Source: an uncultured Porphyromonadaceae bacterium (lineage in GTDB: Bacteria; Bacteroidota; Bacteroidia; Bacteroidales; UBA12481). Taken from it: a stretch of 64,000 nt of DNA. The notes under the pieces are model-generated. The model was not told the DNA's origin and searched no databases. It saw nothing but the letters and a program-made list of their open reading frames with translations. The stretch spans positions 23,663 through 87,662 of the forward strand of contig CAYXJR010000001.1 in assembly GCA_964465145.1 (NCBI GenBank), read 5' to 3'. This document shows, one piece after another, positions 41,058 through 51,094 of the stretch. Both the position numbers and the translations under genes were made by a program. How positions within the stretch are numbered: position 1 is the stretch's first letter; the number at the start of each line of letters is the position of its first letter.

Positions 41058-41091
41058 AATATAAATGCGGATCATCGGATAAAATGGAAAT
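41058..41091 (-). promoter_or_regulatory. Shared bipartite motif copy 5
   Basis: AATATAAATGC-N13-AAATGGAAAT, 19 nt upstream of ATG 41038. Confidence 0.65.
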
Positions 41092-41139
41092 ATTTCGAAA
41101 ATTTATTCGGAAATTTAACCGATACAAACTCAACCAGCC

Positions 41140-43646
41140 ATGAAACTTAAACTTTTCAACATCTCTATTATCTCTGTCATGATAATTATCTCACTGGGAC
41201 TATCCAGCTGCCAGGATCAGCAGGCGGCTGCAGGCGAAAGAAACCTGGCCCTGCTTGCCGTGGCAGACGGATCCATGAATTTTGGCGGCTATTTGGCCGG
41301 CCTGAATGACCGCCTCACTCCAACCGATTCCCTACCATGGAGCTCATCAGCGGACAATTTAATACAACCAGTTTTGATGAGGTTTCAACAAACCAGCTGC
41401 GTGTAGTCGTTGACTCGGCCAGGATGTTTGCGGCCTCTGTTATGGAATGGAAAGTGATACAGGCACCGGGATCAGCCAATGTACCGCCGGTAGTCACGGC
41501 GGGTATTGACAGGGATGTGATGGTGGGTGGTAATACTTACCTGTTAGGATCAGTAAAGAGCATGACAACACCTGTCAGTCCAAATTGGATCAAAAAATCA
41601 GGCCCGGGAAAAGTGATGTTCGAAAATGCCAACTCCCTGGAAGCAAAAGCCAGCTTCTCTGAACCGGGGGAATATGTCCTGGCATTAACTGCAAAAGAGG
41701 GCCGGTTAAAATCGTCCTCCACACTGAAAGTATGGGTTCACGATCCGCCACCCGCCAAACGGCTGGATGTAGTATATACAAAACACTACTCGATAGATAA
41801 CCCTCTCTGGAACGACAGGGCAAAAGCGATAATTACCGAATGGATCCCCTGGTGTATCAGCCAGATTGAACGCACCGATCTTACCGAGGGCCAGGGCGGG
41901 CTTGATAATTTTATCGAAGCAGCCAAGGCACTGCACGGTGAACCGCATGGACGGCAGCAGGGTTATGTTTTCTCCAATGCATGGGTGCACCAGACCATCG
42001 AATCGATGTGTATTGCACTGATGGTTGATCCACAAGGCGACCAGGAGATAATAGCTGCCCAGGAGAAAATGAAGGAAACCATTGAAAAGTGGATCCCGAT
42101 AATCCTGGCAGCCCAGGAGCCCGATGGATACCTCCAGACAGCCTACACCCTGCGCGACACCACCCGTTGGAAAGACAGATGGGAAGAGCGTAACCGTGGG
42201 TCACATGAGGGCTATGTAGCCGGCTATTTTATCGAATCTGCAATAAACCACTATACCCTTACCGAAGGTTCGGATACTCGTTTGTATGATGCGGCCAAGA
42301 AGCTTGCCGACTGCTGGGTTGACAATATCGGACCGGGAAAGAAGGCATGGTACGACGGCCACCAGGAGATGGAGCAGGCCCTGGTAAGGTTCGGCCGTTT
42401 TGTGAACGATATGGAAGGCAAGGGCCGGGGCGATAGTTATGTTGCTCTGGCAAAGTTCCTGCTGGATAACCGCGGCGGGGGTAGCAAATACGACCAGAGC
42501 CACCTGCCGGTACAAGAGCAGTACGAGGCTGTGGGACATGCAGTAAGGGCGGTTTACAACTATTCAGCTATGGCCGACGTGGCTGCAGAAACAGGGGATA
42601 CCGATTATCAGAGCGCAGTAATGTCGCTATGGAATAACATGGTGAACAAAAAATATTACCTTACCGGAGGTGTGGGCAGCGGAGAAACATCTGAGGGATT
42701 CGGGCCCAATTATTCACTTCGAAATAATGCTTATGCCGAGTCCTGTTCAAGCTGTGGATTGATATTCTTCCAGTACAAAATGAACCTGGCCTACCACGAT
42801 GCCAAATATGCCGATCTTTATGAGGAGACTATGTACAATGCGCTCCTGGGCTCACTGGACCTTGAGGGGGAACACTTTTACTATACCAATCCACTCAATT
42901 CAAGCCGCCCGCGGGATGCCTGGCATGTCTGCCCCTGCTGTGTGGGTAATATCCCCAGGACCTTGCTTATGATCCCCACCTGGACCTACGTAAAGGGGGA
43001 TGAGGGGGTATATGTCAACCTTTTCATAGGAAGTACCATTCAGGTGGAAGGAATTGCCGGAACAAAGGTTGAGATGGTTCAGCAGACAGATTATCCATGG
43101 AAAGGGGATGTTTCGATTACTGTAAATCCAGAAGAGGAGAAAGCTTTTACAATATTTGTGCGTGTTCCCAACCGCCATACCAGCTTGCTGTACACCGCAG
43201 TTCCTGAAGTCAGCGGGCTCAAATCCCTGTCGGTTAATGGTGATGAGGTTGAAATAAACATCGAGAAGGGCTACGTGTCTATTCACCGGACCTGGAAGAA
43301 AGGCGACCAGATCAAGCTGGAAATACCGATGGAAATTCAGCGAATAACGGCCAGTAATCTTATTGAAGCCGACAGGGGAAAGGTTGCACTCCGTTATGGC
43401 CCGCTGATCTACAATGTGGAACTGGTCGACCAGGCAGATATAAGTCAGGGCATTAGTCCTGAACAACTTAGCCTGAAATGGCGGCCAGACCTTTTACACG
43501 GGGTGATGGTAATAAAGGGTAAATGGGCCGATGGATCAGATCTTACTGCCATCCCTTACTGGACAAGAAATAACAGGCTGGATCAGGCTGATCCTGAGGT
43601 GAGGAACGGATCGGTGGTGTGGATTGGTGGATCAGGAGATCGGTAG
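41140..43646 (+). pseudogene. GH127 beta-L-arabinofuranosidase-family lipoprotein; signal/N-terminus out of frame (break near 41335)
   Basis: Lipobox LSSC in the 41140 frame; catalytic region in the 41337 frame with HEGYVAG, GHQEME, AVGHAVRA, ESCSSCG, CPCC, PYW..NR. Confidence 0.75.
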
Positions 43647-43752
43647 ACCAGTGGATCAGGAAAGGAATTTGTAAATATATTGTAGGGACAGGCCTTGTGC
43701 CTGTCCTTGACAGAATTAGTAGATTGGCGGATCTATAGATTGGTGGATTGGT
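43619..43752. repeat. 8-mer tandem repeats plus GTAG-type REP
   Basis: gtggattg gtggatca ggagatcg gtagacca gtggatca (same family as 25226); GTAGGGACAGGC-CTTGT-GCCTGTCC at 43682. Confidence 0.55.
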
Positions 43753-43767
43753 AATAATCTCAAGGCC

Positions 43768-45021
43768 ATGATTGGAAGCAGGACATTTGTTGTATGCAAT
43801 ATATTAATTCTGGGCCTTTCCGGATGCTTTGACAAGCCGGGAAGGAGCGATCCAAGCAATGCAATTGAAAATCCGGTAGTTAACTGGCAGGCTCAACCCG
43901 ATTCATCAAGAATCGATCTGGGGTTTCCTGTTCTGGAGGTTGAAACCACCATGCTTCTTGAGCCCGATGGCCAGACCGAAGGAATCGGCACCTATTCCCA
44001 TCACAGCCATATCAAATGGTGGAAACGGATGCTGGTTGCCACATGGAGCAATGCCCCCAGGGATGAGGATTCACCGGGACAGAGAGTATTGTTACGCCGG
44101 TCGGCCGACAGAGGGAAAACCTGGACACCGGTTGTCGAGGCCTTTCCTCCATTGCCGGACAGAGTTTTGAAAAACGGCGATACCATTTTCAGCAAAAGGT
44201 CGGACGGAGTGACCATGAATGCCAACGGTTATGCTGTTGTGGAAGGCCGCCTCTACCTTATCGCCGAATGTTTATACCTGCCCGGACAGAAAGGCCTGGG
44301 AAGACTGGCCCGGGAGATGAAGAAGGATGGTACGCTAGGCCCCGTATTCTGGCTTTATGAAGATCCGGTAATCACTACAATTGAAGGGGAGCCATTTTAC
44401 GCACTTATCAGGGATGAACTTTACAGGGATCTGGCCGGTGAAATCAATTCATATCTTGAGAGGCCAGAGGTATATCCCTCCTGGGAGTTCCTGAATTATT
44501 CCACACGGCCGATAGCAGAAGACGGGCATGTAATGTGCGAGCCCACCTATGGATGGCAGCTTGCGGATGGCACCTGGATGAGGCTTTACCGCGATCTTAG
44601 CAGGAGCGGATATAATTATTCATCCTTCAGTAAGGATGATGGTAAGACCTGGTCGGTCCCGGCAAGGACCAATTTCCCTGATGCCCCGGCACGTTCCAAT
44701 GCCGGAGTGCTTCCTGACGGCACAGTATATGTGATCAGCAATATCAGAAATACGGGCAACATGAAAGGGCCTTTATTTCCCAGGGATCCCCTGTCAATAT
44801 CACTTTCTGATGACGGCCTGAATTTCACCCGGGTAATGATAATCAGTTGCGGAGCAAAGCCGGCACGGTTCGCGGGAAGATTTAAGGATACCGGATTCGA
44901 ATATCCTTCATCAGTGGTAACCGGGAAGGAATTGTTTATAATGTATTCCGTTAATAAGGAAGATATCCGGGTTTCAAAAATCCGTATCAGGAATTTATCC
45001 GGCAATGCCCCTGATAATTAA
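43768..45021 (+). CDS. Sialidase-like BNR/Asp-box lipoprotein
   Basis: Lipobox LSGC, YSHH, SADRGKTW, SKDDGKTW, SDDGLNF, YPS, YSVNKEDI. Confidence 0.75.
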   Translation: MIGSRTFVVCNILILGLSGCFDKPGRSDPSNAIENPVVNWQAQPDSSRIDLGFPVLEVETTMLLEPDGQTEGIGTYSHHSHIKWWKRMLVATWSNAPRDEDSPGQRVLLRRSADRGKTWTPVVEAFPPLPDRVLKNGDTIFSKRSDGVTMNANGYAVVEGRLYLIAECLYLPGQKGLGRLAREMKKDGTLGPVFWLYEDPVITTIEGEPFYALIRDELYRDLAGEINSYLERPEVYPSWEFLNYSTRPIAEDGHVMCEPTYGWQLADGTWMRLYRDLSRSGYNYSSFSKDDGKTWSVPARTNFPDAPARSNAGVLPDGTVYVISNIRNTGNMKGPLFPRDPLSISLSDDGLNFTRVMIISCGAKPARFAGRFKDTGFEYPSSVVTGKELFIMYSVNKEDIRVSKIRIRNLSGNAPDN

Positions 45022-45023
45022 AA

Positions 45024-46223
45024 TTACGATCCTTTGTGATTTGACGGATGCAGCATATATTTCTGCCGGTCCTCCACCTTCGGCAAGGGTTGTTGCTTAA
45101 AGCTTCCGGGCTTATCCGAATACCAGTAAAAAACAGTTGCATAATCCACCCAACAGCCTCCTGCATCAACATGTTCAGGCCACTCGGGCCGCTGCGTAAA
45201 AAACGTTTCCTGGCTCCAGTTGATCGACCATTTTACCGACTTACTGAAACGGATCGGCATATGGTCATGAAACCGGTATATTGAAAGCTGGTTAAGGGTT
45301 GAATCCACGTAGCAATATTTCTCAACAAAAGGCATACCAGCCCTGAGCCCGGCAAATTCTTCAATAAATCCCCAGCTGAAAGTGAACGAATCCTCTGTTC
45401 CCAGATAGTCGAGCTTTCTCTCCTGGCCATCAATATCAACTTCATTATTGCCTTCCATAACAGTGCCGAAATCCCTGAAATACTTATCATCGGTAATTAC
45501 ACTAAACTGCCGCCCGATTATATGTCCCTTTCCCTCAGTTTCAAAAAAAGTTTCTTTTGTGTCCTTTGTCAGCTGAAAGGATTTTCTGGAATATGCAGCA
45601 TGAAAATATCCGAGCCCCTCGTCCCAGCGCAGCAGGCTTTCCCATTCTACATAACTGTAGTTCATGGCATCCTTGTCTGTATCATTTCTGAGGATCACCC
45701 TGGCCCGTGACTTAAAAGGCATGGTGAAGTAACAATTATAGCTCCAAGGGGCGCATTCTATCAACATCGCACTGAAATTCATGCTTTTACCATTACAACC
45801 ATCGCCAAAAAAATCAGCCAGGGGGCATTGTACGGCCGGTTTTGTGGCATCATCAAACCAAATCTCAAGGACAATACCCCTCGAAAATAGTTCCTCGGGT
45901 TTATGCCGTGTTGTATGAATATGCTTGATTACACCCGGGCCCTGCAGGTCGGCAATAACTATGGATGTATGAGCATCCAGTGATTCCAGATCTTTATACC
46001 TGTCGTACTTCCAGCCCCCGTTAGTAAAACCCGTGGATACATCAGTGCGGATACGTGCTGTTTCAAACCTTTTATCCTGACTGTAAAGATCCCCGGTTGA
46101 TAAAAGAACAAATGAAAAAATCAGAGCCCGCCCCAACTGCTTATTAGCCATGGATGAAAGGCCTGCTGATAAATTACTGCCTGGGTTAAGTATTTTCATC
46201 ATAACACTTGCTGTTTTATTCAA
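45024..46223 (-). CDS. GH172 (DUF2961) glycoside hydrolase; true start probably downstream of 46223
   Basis: GPGVIKHIH, P.ADFFG, NCYFTMPF, YFHA, MEGN, GTEDSF..SWGF, YRFH..PIRF, YWY. Confidence 0.85.
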   Translation of the reverse strand: MNKTASVMMKILNPGSNLSAGLSSMANKQLGRALIFSFVLLSTGDLYSQDKRFETARIRTDVSTGFTNGGWKYDRYKDLESLDAHTSIVIADLQGPGVIKHIHTTRHKPEELFSRGIVLEIWFDDATKPAVQCPLADFFGDGCNGKSMNFSAMLIECAPWSYNCYFTMPFKSRARVILRNDTDKDAMNYSYVEWESLLRWDEGLGYFHAAYSRKSFQLTKDTKETFFETEGKGHIIGRQFSVITDDKYFRDFGTVMEGNNEVDIDGQERKLDYLGTEDSFTFSWGFIEEFAGLRAGMPFVEKYCYVDSTLNQLSIYRFHDHMPIRFSKSVKWSINWSQETFFTQRPEWPEHVDAGGCWVDYATVFYWYSDKPGSFKQQPLPKVEDRQKYMLHPSNHKGS

Positions 46224-46396
46224 ATTTAATCATTATTGGCTTCAATTTTTCTGCCTGAGAAGGGAAATTTTTTTCACTATCCTTTTAACATTTTTTAATT
46301 AATGGATTCCCCACATATTGCATAATTTCGACTGTTTATAAATAATGATTTTATAGCTTCATTTTAAAGGATAATAAGTGCTTTCAAAAGCTGGAT

Positions 46397-47164
46397 ATGC
46401 CAGCTATAGAAACTGCCGGTTTAATGGGAGAAACTTTTATTACTCTGCTTTTCAAGGTTCTGGTATTTACCACCTTGATACCTGTGGTGGGATACTCCCA
46501 GGCACTTGTAAAACCTATTTCATCAAAGCAGGTTTTTGATCAATTCGATAAACTTTACCAGGTTGATGCAAGATTGGTGAATGGAGATTTCTATCAGACT
46601 CCCCTCATGAGTGAAGCAAGCGGCCATCCTTATTTTTTAGATTCCGACTGGAAAACAGGATCTGTTTCCCTCGAAGGGATAGTATTTGACAGCCTGCTAT
46701 TAAGATACGACATCAGCTCTAATCAGCTGATTATGAATACGGTTAACATTACTAATTCTTATCTTCAACTTGTGCTCAAAAAAGACCGTATACAATATTT
46801 CACATTGGATAAAAATCTTTTTCAGCCCTTCCCGGTCGATGACCCGGTGACAGGGCTCCGTTTTTGTCAGATCCTTGCTGAAGGTCAGATTGATTTTCTT
46901 TTGACGAAATCCAAAAGTCTGAAAGTCGAGCCTGGCGGATTTACCGACTTCAAATATCAGAGCTTGCGTCACAGAATTCTGCGAATAAATGCTGAGTTAA
47001 TACCATATAAGGGGCGGCACACACTTTTTAAGCAGTACCCTGACCTGAAACCCATGTTGCGTGATAAGCTTAAAAAGGGCCATCTGTTATTCCGGAGAAT
47101 GAGCCAGGATAATCACATTGAACTTATCCAATATTGCAATAGCCTTTTAGCCGGCAAGTCATGA
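46397..47164 (+). CDS. Conserved Bacteroidota hypothetical protein, first gene of TonB/DUF4249 operon
   Basis: LVNG.FY..GHPYF..W..GSV..LRYDI..QL pattern; coupled to the TonB gene. Confidence 0.65.
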   Translation: MPAIETAGLMGETFITLLFKVLVFTTLIPVVGYSQALVKPISSKQVFDQFDKLYQVDARLVNGDFYQTPLMSEASGHPYFLDSDWKTGSVSLEGIVFDSLLLRYDISSNQLIMNTVNITNSYLQLVLKKDRIQYFTLDKNLFQPFPVDDPVTGLRFCQILAEGQIDFLLTKSKSLKVEPGGFTDFKYQSLRHRILRINAELIPYKGRHTLFKQYPDLKPMLRDKLKKGHLLFRRMSQDNHIELIQYCNSLLAGKS

Positions 47165-49941
47165 AAAAGCTAATTCAAATACTGGCTGTCCTGATATTAA
47201 TTACCTCCCCTGTACTGGCGCAGGTGGTGGGAAAGCAATTTATTTCTTTAGAACTTAAGGACGTGGATTTTGATGAGTTTGCCCAAAAAATAAAATCCAA
47301 ATACAATATTCGAATTTATTATCTGCCGGAATGGGTAAAGGATGTGAGTGTGACTACCAACAGTGAACCTGCAGAACTGGAAAATTTACTTAAAGACCTA
47401 TTAGGCTCCTCTGATATTCATTTTATTATCAAAGGTAATTACCAGGTTTTTCTAACTGGCCCGGAGTCCCTTTCAGATCAACCGGATTTGATCCCCAGGG
47501 CTATTGCAGAAGCGGAAACTGACAGCACAAAAAAAACATCCGCAAAGGATCAGTTTGGAGCTCATTCTTATGAAAGAGCGGTGAGAAAAGTAGTTATCGG
47601 CTCTGAACAACCAACTCAGGTAATAGGCAAAGTTTACCTAAGCGGGAGGATCACTAATCTGGCTAATGGGGAACCTATTGTGGGCGCCACAGTAGTGGTT
47701 CCCGGAACGAGCATGGGAGCCATCTCAGATGGTGAAGGTGCCTATTCAGTGGCGCTGAGGCCTGGTGAATCCTATAATTTAAGAATATCCTGCCTCGGTA
47801 TGGAAAACGAGTTATACCTGGTAGATGTTAAAGGGGCTGGAATTCTGAATATTGAAATGGAAAGCCGGATGATAGATGTTAAAGAAGTGGTGGTTAAATC
47901 GGGGAAGAACCACAATGTACGGGGGATGCAGATGGGTTTCCAGAGAATCGGCATGAAAGATATTAAAAGCATTCCTGCAGTGATGGGCGAAAGGGATATA
48001 TTCAGAGTAGCTGCTTTAATGCCTGGAGTCCAAACCGTTGGAGAAGGTTCTGCCGGATTCAATGTCAGGGGATCAGCCTCCGACCAAAACCTATTCCTGT
48101 TAAATGAAATACCAATTCTAAATACAGGGCACCTCTTTGGTTTTTTCTCGGCTTTTAATCCGGATATGATCAGCGATTTTAAGCTCTATAAAAGCAACTT
48201 TCCCGTGGAATACGGAGGGCGACTTGCTTCTGTTTTCGATATATCCACCCGTAAAGGCAATAAGAAAGAGTTTGGTGCACGCGGCAGTATTAGTCCGGTT
48301 ACAGCTTCAGTCCTGGTGGAGACTCCCATCCAAAAGGATAAGAGTTCTTTTATTTTCAGCACACGATCAACATACTCCGACTGGATATTGGATCGACTTG
48401 ATGATGCTGATTTATTTAACAGAGAGGCCTCTTTTTATGATATAATGACTGGCGTCCACCTGGTTGACAAAAACAATGCTTCTACCCAAATTTTTGGATA
48501 TTACAGCAAGGATCAGTTTAAGTTGGCATCCAGTAATTCATATCGCTATGAAAATATTGGCACTTCCATTACATACGATCGTCCCCTTAGTGGAACGTGG
48601 ACCTTGAAAGCTGCCGGGGTTTTCAGTATGTATACAAATTATGAGGCCAATATGAATCAAGCCACCCGGGCTTTTGAACATGAATTCAATGTCAGGTCCC
48701 AGGAAATGAAAATCACTTTGTCCGGATACCCCTGGGTTGGACACAAGGTGGGTTTCGGAGGAAATGTTATTCTCCATAACCTTAATCAGGGTGAATTGAA
48801 ACCATTTGGTGAAGAGTCAATTATCTCCCCAATTGATTTTGGGCAGGAAAATGGACTGGAATATGCCTTGCATGCTTTTGATGAAATATCTTTCACTGAC
48901 CAGCTTAGCTTTTACGGAGGGATACGTTACAGCCTGTTTAATTACCTGGGACCCCAGAGTGTTTTTCAGTATTCAGACAACTCAGCATACGAACTCGAAA
49001 ATATCATTGATACCCTTAGTTACTCTGCTGGTAAAACAATAAAACACTATTCAGGTCCGGAGATCAGGGCAGCATTCAACTATACCTTTACAAAGGACTT
49101 TTCAGTTAAATGGAGTTACAATCGTATGAGGCAATATCTGTTTATGCTCTCAAACACTACATCAATTTCCCCAACCGACCGTTGGAAGCTCACTGATCCC
49201 TTCATCACTCCTCCCATCTCCGACCAGTTCAGTATTGGCCTTTATAAAAACCTCAACAATTCATCCATTGAAACTTCGGCTGAAATATATTATAAAAACG
49301 GAAAAAATATTATTGAATACAAAGATGGAGTGGATCTGACCTACAGCCCGGATATAGAAACCCTTGTATTGCAGGGACATCAAAAAGCCTGGGGTATGGA
49401 GTTTTTTGTCCGTAGAAATACCGGACGATTGAACGGCTGGATAAGCTATACATGGTCGAGGTCGATTATTCAGGTGAATGGATCAGAAAGCTGGCAGAAA
49501 ATCAACCTTGGTATGGCGTATCCTTCAAATTACGACAAACCCCATGCACTTAACCTCGTTGGTAATTATAAAATATCCCGCAGATTAAGTCTTTCGTCAA
49601 ACCTTGTATACAATTCCGGACGCCCCATAACCTATCCAACCGGTTATCTGTATACTAATGAATATCAGGTTGTAAATTACTCCTTAAGAAATGAGTACCG
49701 TATACCGGAATATTTCAGGATCGATTTATCCATAAACTTTGAAGGGAATCTTTTAAAGGAGAAAATAGGTCATAGCTCCTGGATGTTTTCGGTTTATAAC
49801 CTTACCGGAAGAAGAAATGCTTATTCCGTTTATTTCACCAATGACCGGGGAAGTATAAAGGGATACAAATTATCTATTTATGGTGAGCCTATTTTCACTA
49901 TCAGTTATAATTTCAAATTAGGGAATTATGCGGTTGATTAA
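47161..49941 (+). CDS. TonB-dependent receptor with carboxypeptidase-regulatory-like domain
   Basis: GEPIVGATV, GERDI..PGVQT.GEG..GFNVRG..DQNL, HLFGFFSAFN, YGGRLASV, YNLTGRRN. Confidence 0.9.
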   Translation: MKKLIQILAVLILITSPVLAQVVGKQFISLELKDVDFDEFAQKIKSKYNIRIYYLPEWVKDVSVTTNSEPAELENLLKDLLGSSDIHFIIKGNYQVFLTGPESLSDQPDLIPRAIAEAETDSTKKTSAKDQFGAHSYERAVRKVVIGSEQPTQVIGKVYLSGRITNLANGEPIVGATVVVPGTSMGAISDGEGAYSVALRPGESYNLRISCLGMENELYLVDVKGAGILNIEMESRMIDVKEVVVKSGKNHNVRGMQMGFQRIGMKDIKSIPAVMGERDIFRVAALMPGVQTVGEGSAGFNVRGSASDQNLFLLNEIPILNTGHLFGFFSAFNPDMISDFKLYKSNFPVEYGGRLASVFDISTRKGNKKEFGARGSISPVTASVLVETPIQKDKSSFIFSTRSTYSDWILDRLDDADLFNREASFYDIMTGVHLVDKNNASTQIFGYYSKDQFKLASSNSYRYENIGTSITYDRPLSGTWTLKAAGVFSMYTNYEANMNQATRAFEHEFNVRSQEMKITLSGYPWVGHKVGFGGNVILHNLNQGELKPFGEESIISPIDFGQENGLEYALHAFDEISFTDQLSFYGGIRYSLFNYLGPQSVFQYSDNSAYELENIIDTLSYSAGKTIKHYSGPEIRAAFNYTFTKDFSVKWSYNRMRQYLFMLSNTTSISPTDRWKLTDPFITPPISDQFSIGLYKNLNNSSIETSAEIYYKNGKNIIEYKDGVDLTYSPDIETLVLQGHQKAWGMEFFVRRNTGRLNGWISYTWSRSIIQVNGSESWQKINLGMAYPSNYDKPHALNLVGNYKISRRLSLSSNLVYNSGRPITYPTGYLYTNEYQVVNYSLRNEYRIPEYFRIDLSINFEGNLLKEKIGHSSWMFSVYNLTGRRNAYSVYFTNDRGSIKGYKLSIYGEPIFTISYNFKLGNYAVD

Positions 49942-51094
49942 TATTATTATTGTGATATCCCTGCTCTGGGTTTCATCGTGTATCGATCCTTTCATACCCG
50001 AAACCACCCGCTACGACAGTATTCTGTTCATTGAAGGCCTGTTGAGTAATGACACTGCAAGGACCCAGATAATAAAAATTTCACGCTCTGCCCCGATCAT
50101 CTCAGAATCAGATAATTCCGGAATGCTCGGGCCCGATAAACTTAGTGGTGCTCGGGTGAGAATAATCCGTGATGATCAGGTATTTTTTCCTTTTGCTGAA
50201 ACTGAACCAGGGGTGTATTCTGCCAGCCCTGATTTTTTCCCGGAAACCGGCAAAGCCTATAAATTAACGATCGAATATGGGGGTAATCTCTTTGAATCGG
50301 ATTTTGAGATTATGAAAGAGTCTCCGCCTATCGACAGCATAAGTTACAAGCACACCCTGGAAAAGCTGTCACAGTCGGGCACTATTTATCATGGCTATCG
50401 ATTTAATGTCAGTACGCATGATGATGGGGGTGGACCATTTTACTATCGTTGGGAATCAGATGCTACCTATCTGTTTAGATCCACGCACGAAGCCACTCAC
50501 ATCTGGACCGGATCAAGACAGGTGCCTGCTTCCAACAGGGACCTTATGTTTTGTTGGTCTTATAATTCCATTAAAGGCATTTATACAGGCAATACCGAAG
50601 GGCTGTCAGAAAACCGTATTACTGAGGCTCCCCTGCATTTTCAGTCTCAGTATGGAGATGCCTTATCCATCCGTTACAGTTTAAATGTCAAGCAGTTTGC
50701 GATTTCTAAGTCGGCATGGGAATTTTGGTCGGATATGGCCAGGCAGGTTAACCAGAATGGAGGCATGTATGACACTCAGCCATTCAGGATTCAGGGAAAT
50801 ATACGGTGCACAAGCGACCCTGAACTTTTTGTGGCTGGAATTTTTGAAATAGCCGGTTTTTCGGAGAAACGAATATACTTAAACAGGCCGACGGAGTTTG
50901 ATATTATCCCGATGGTTTGCCAATGGGATACCATAGGCACCATTGATCTGCCTTGGTACAGGATTCCTGTAGGATCCTTTATCACGCTGGATTTTTTTTC
51001 TGGGAAATATTTCTATTCATCACCCCAATGTTTCGATTGCACTCTTAAAAACGGTACAACACAAAAACCAGCATTTTGGGAAGATGGGCATTAG
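49928..51094 (+). CDS. DUF4249-family lipoprotein
   Basis: SSCIDPF..LFIEG, YYRWE, RYSLNVKQ..S..FW..GG.YD.QP..GNI, terminal CFDCT..KPAFW. Confidence 0.85.
   Translation: MRLINIIIVISLLWVSSCIDPFIPETTRYDSILFIEGLLSNDTARTQIIKISRSAPIISESDNSGMLGPDKLSGARVRIIRDDQVFFPFAETEPGVYSASPDFFPETGKAYKLTIEYGGNLFESDFEIMKESPPIDSISYKHTLEKLSQSGTIYHGYRFNVSTHDDGGGPFYYRWESDATYLFRSTHEATHIWTGSRQVPASNRDLMFCWSYNSIKGIYTGNTEGLSENRITEAPLHFQSQYGDALSIRYSLNVKQFAISKSAWEFWSDMARQVNQNGGMYDTQPFRIQGNIRCTSDPELFVAGIFEIAGFSEKRIYLNRPTEFDIIPMVCQWDTIGTIDLPWYRIPVGSFITLDFFSGKYFYSSPQCFDCTLKNGTTQKPAFWEDGH

Noticed and set aside
35345-41091. Integron attC array or CRISPR interpretation of the repeated motif
   Set aside because: No RYYYAAC/GTTRRRY inverted cores, no integrase or cas genes, and the repeats are bipartite, kb-spaced and fixed relative to start codons.
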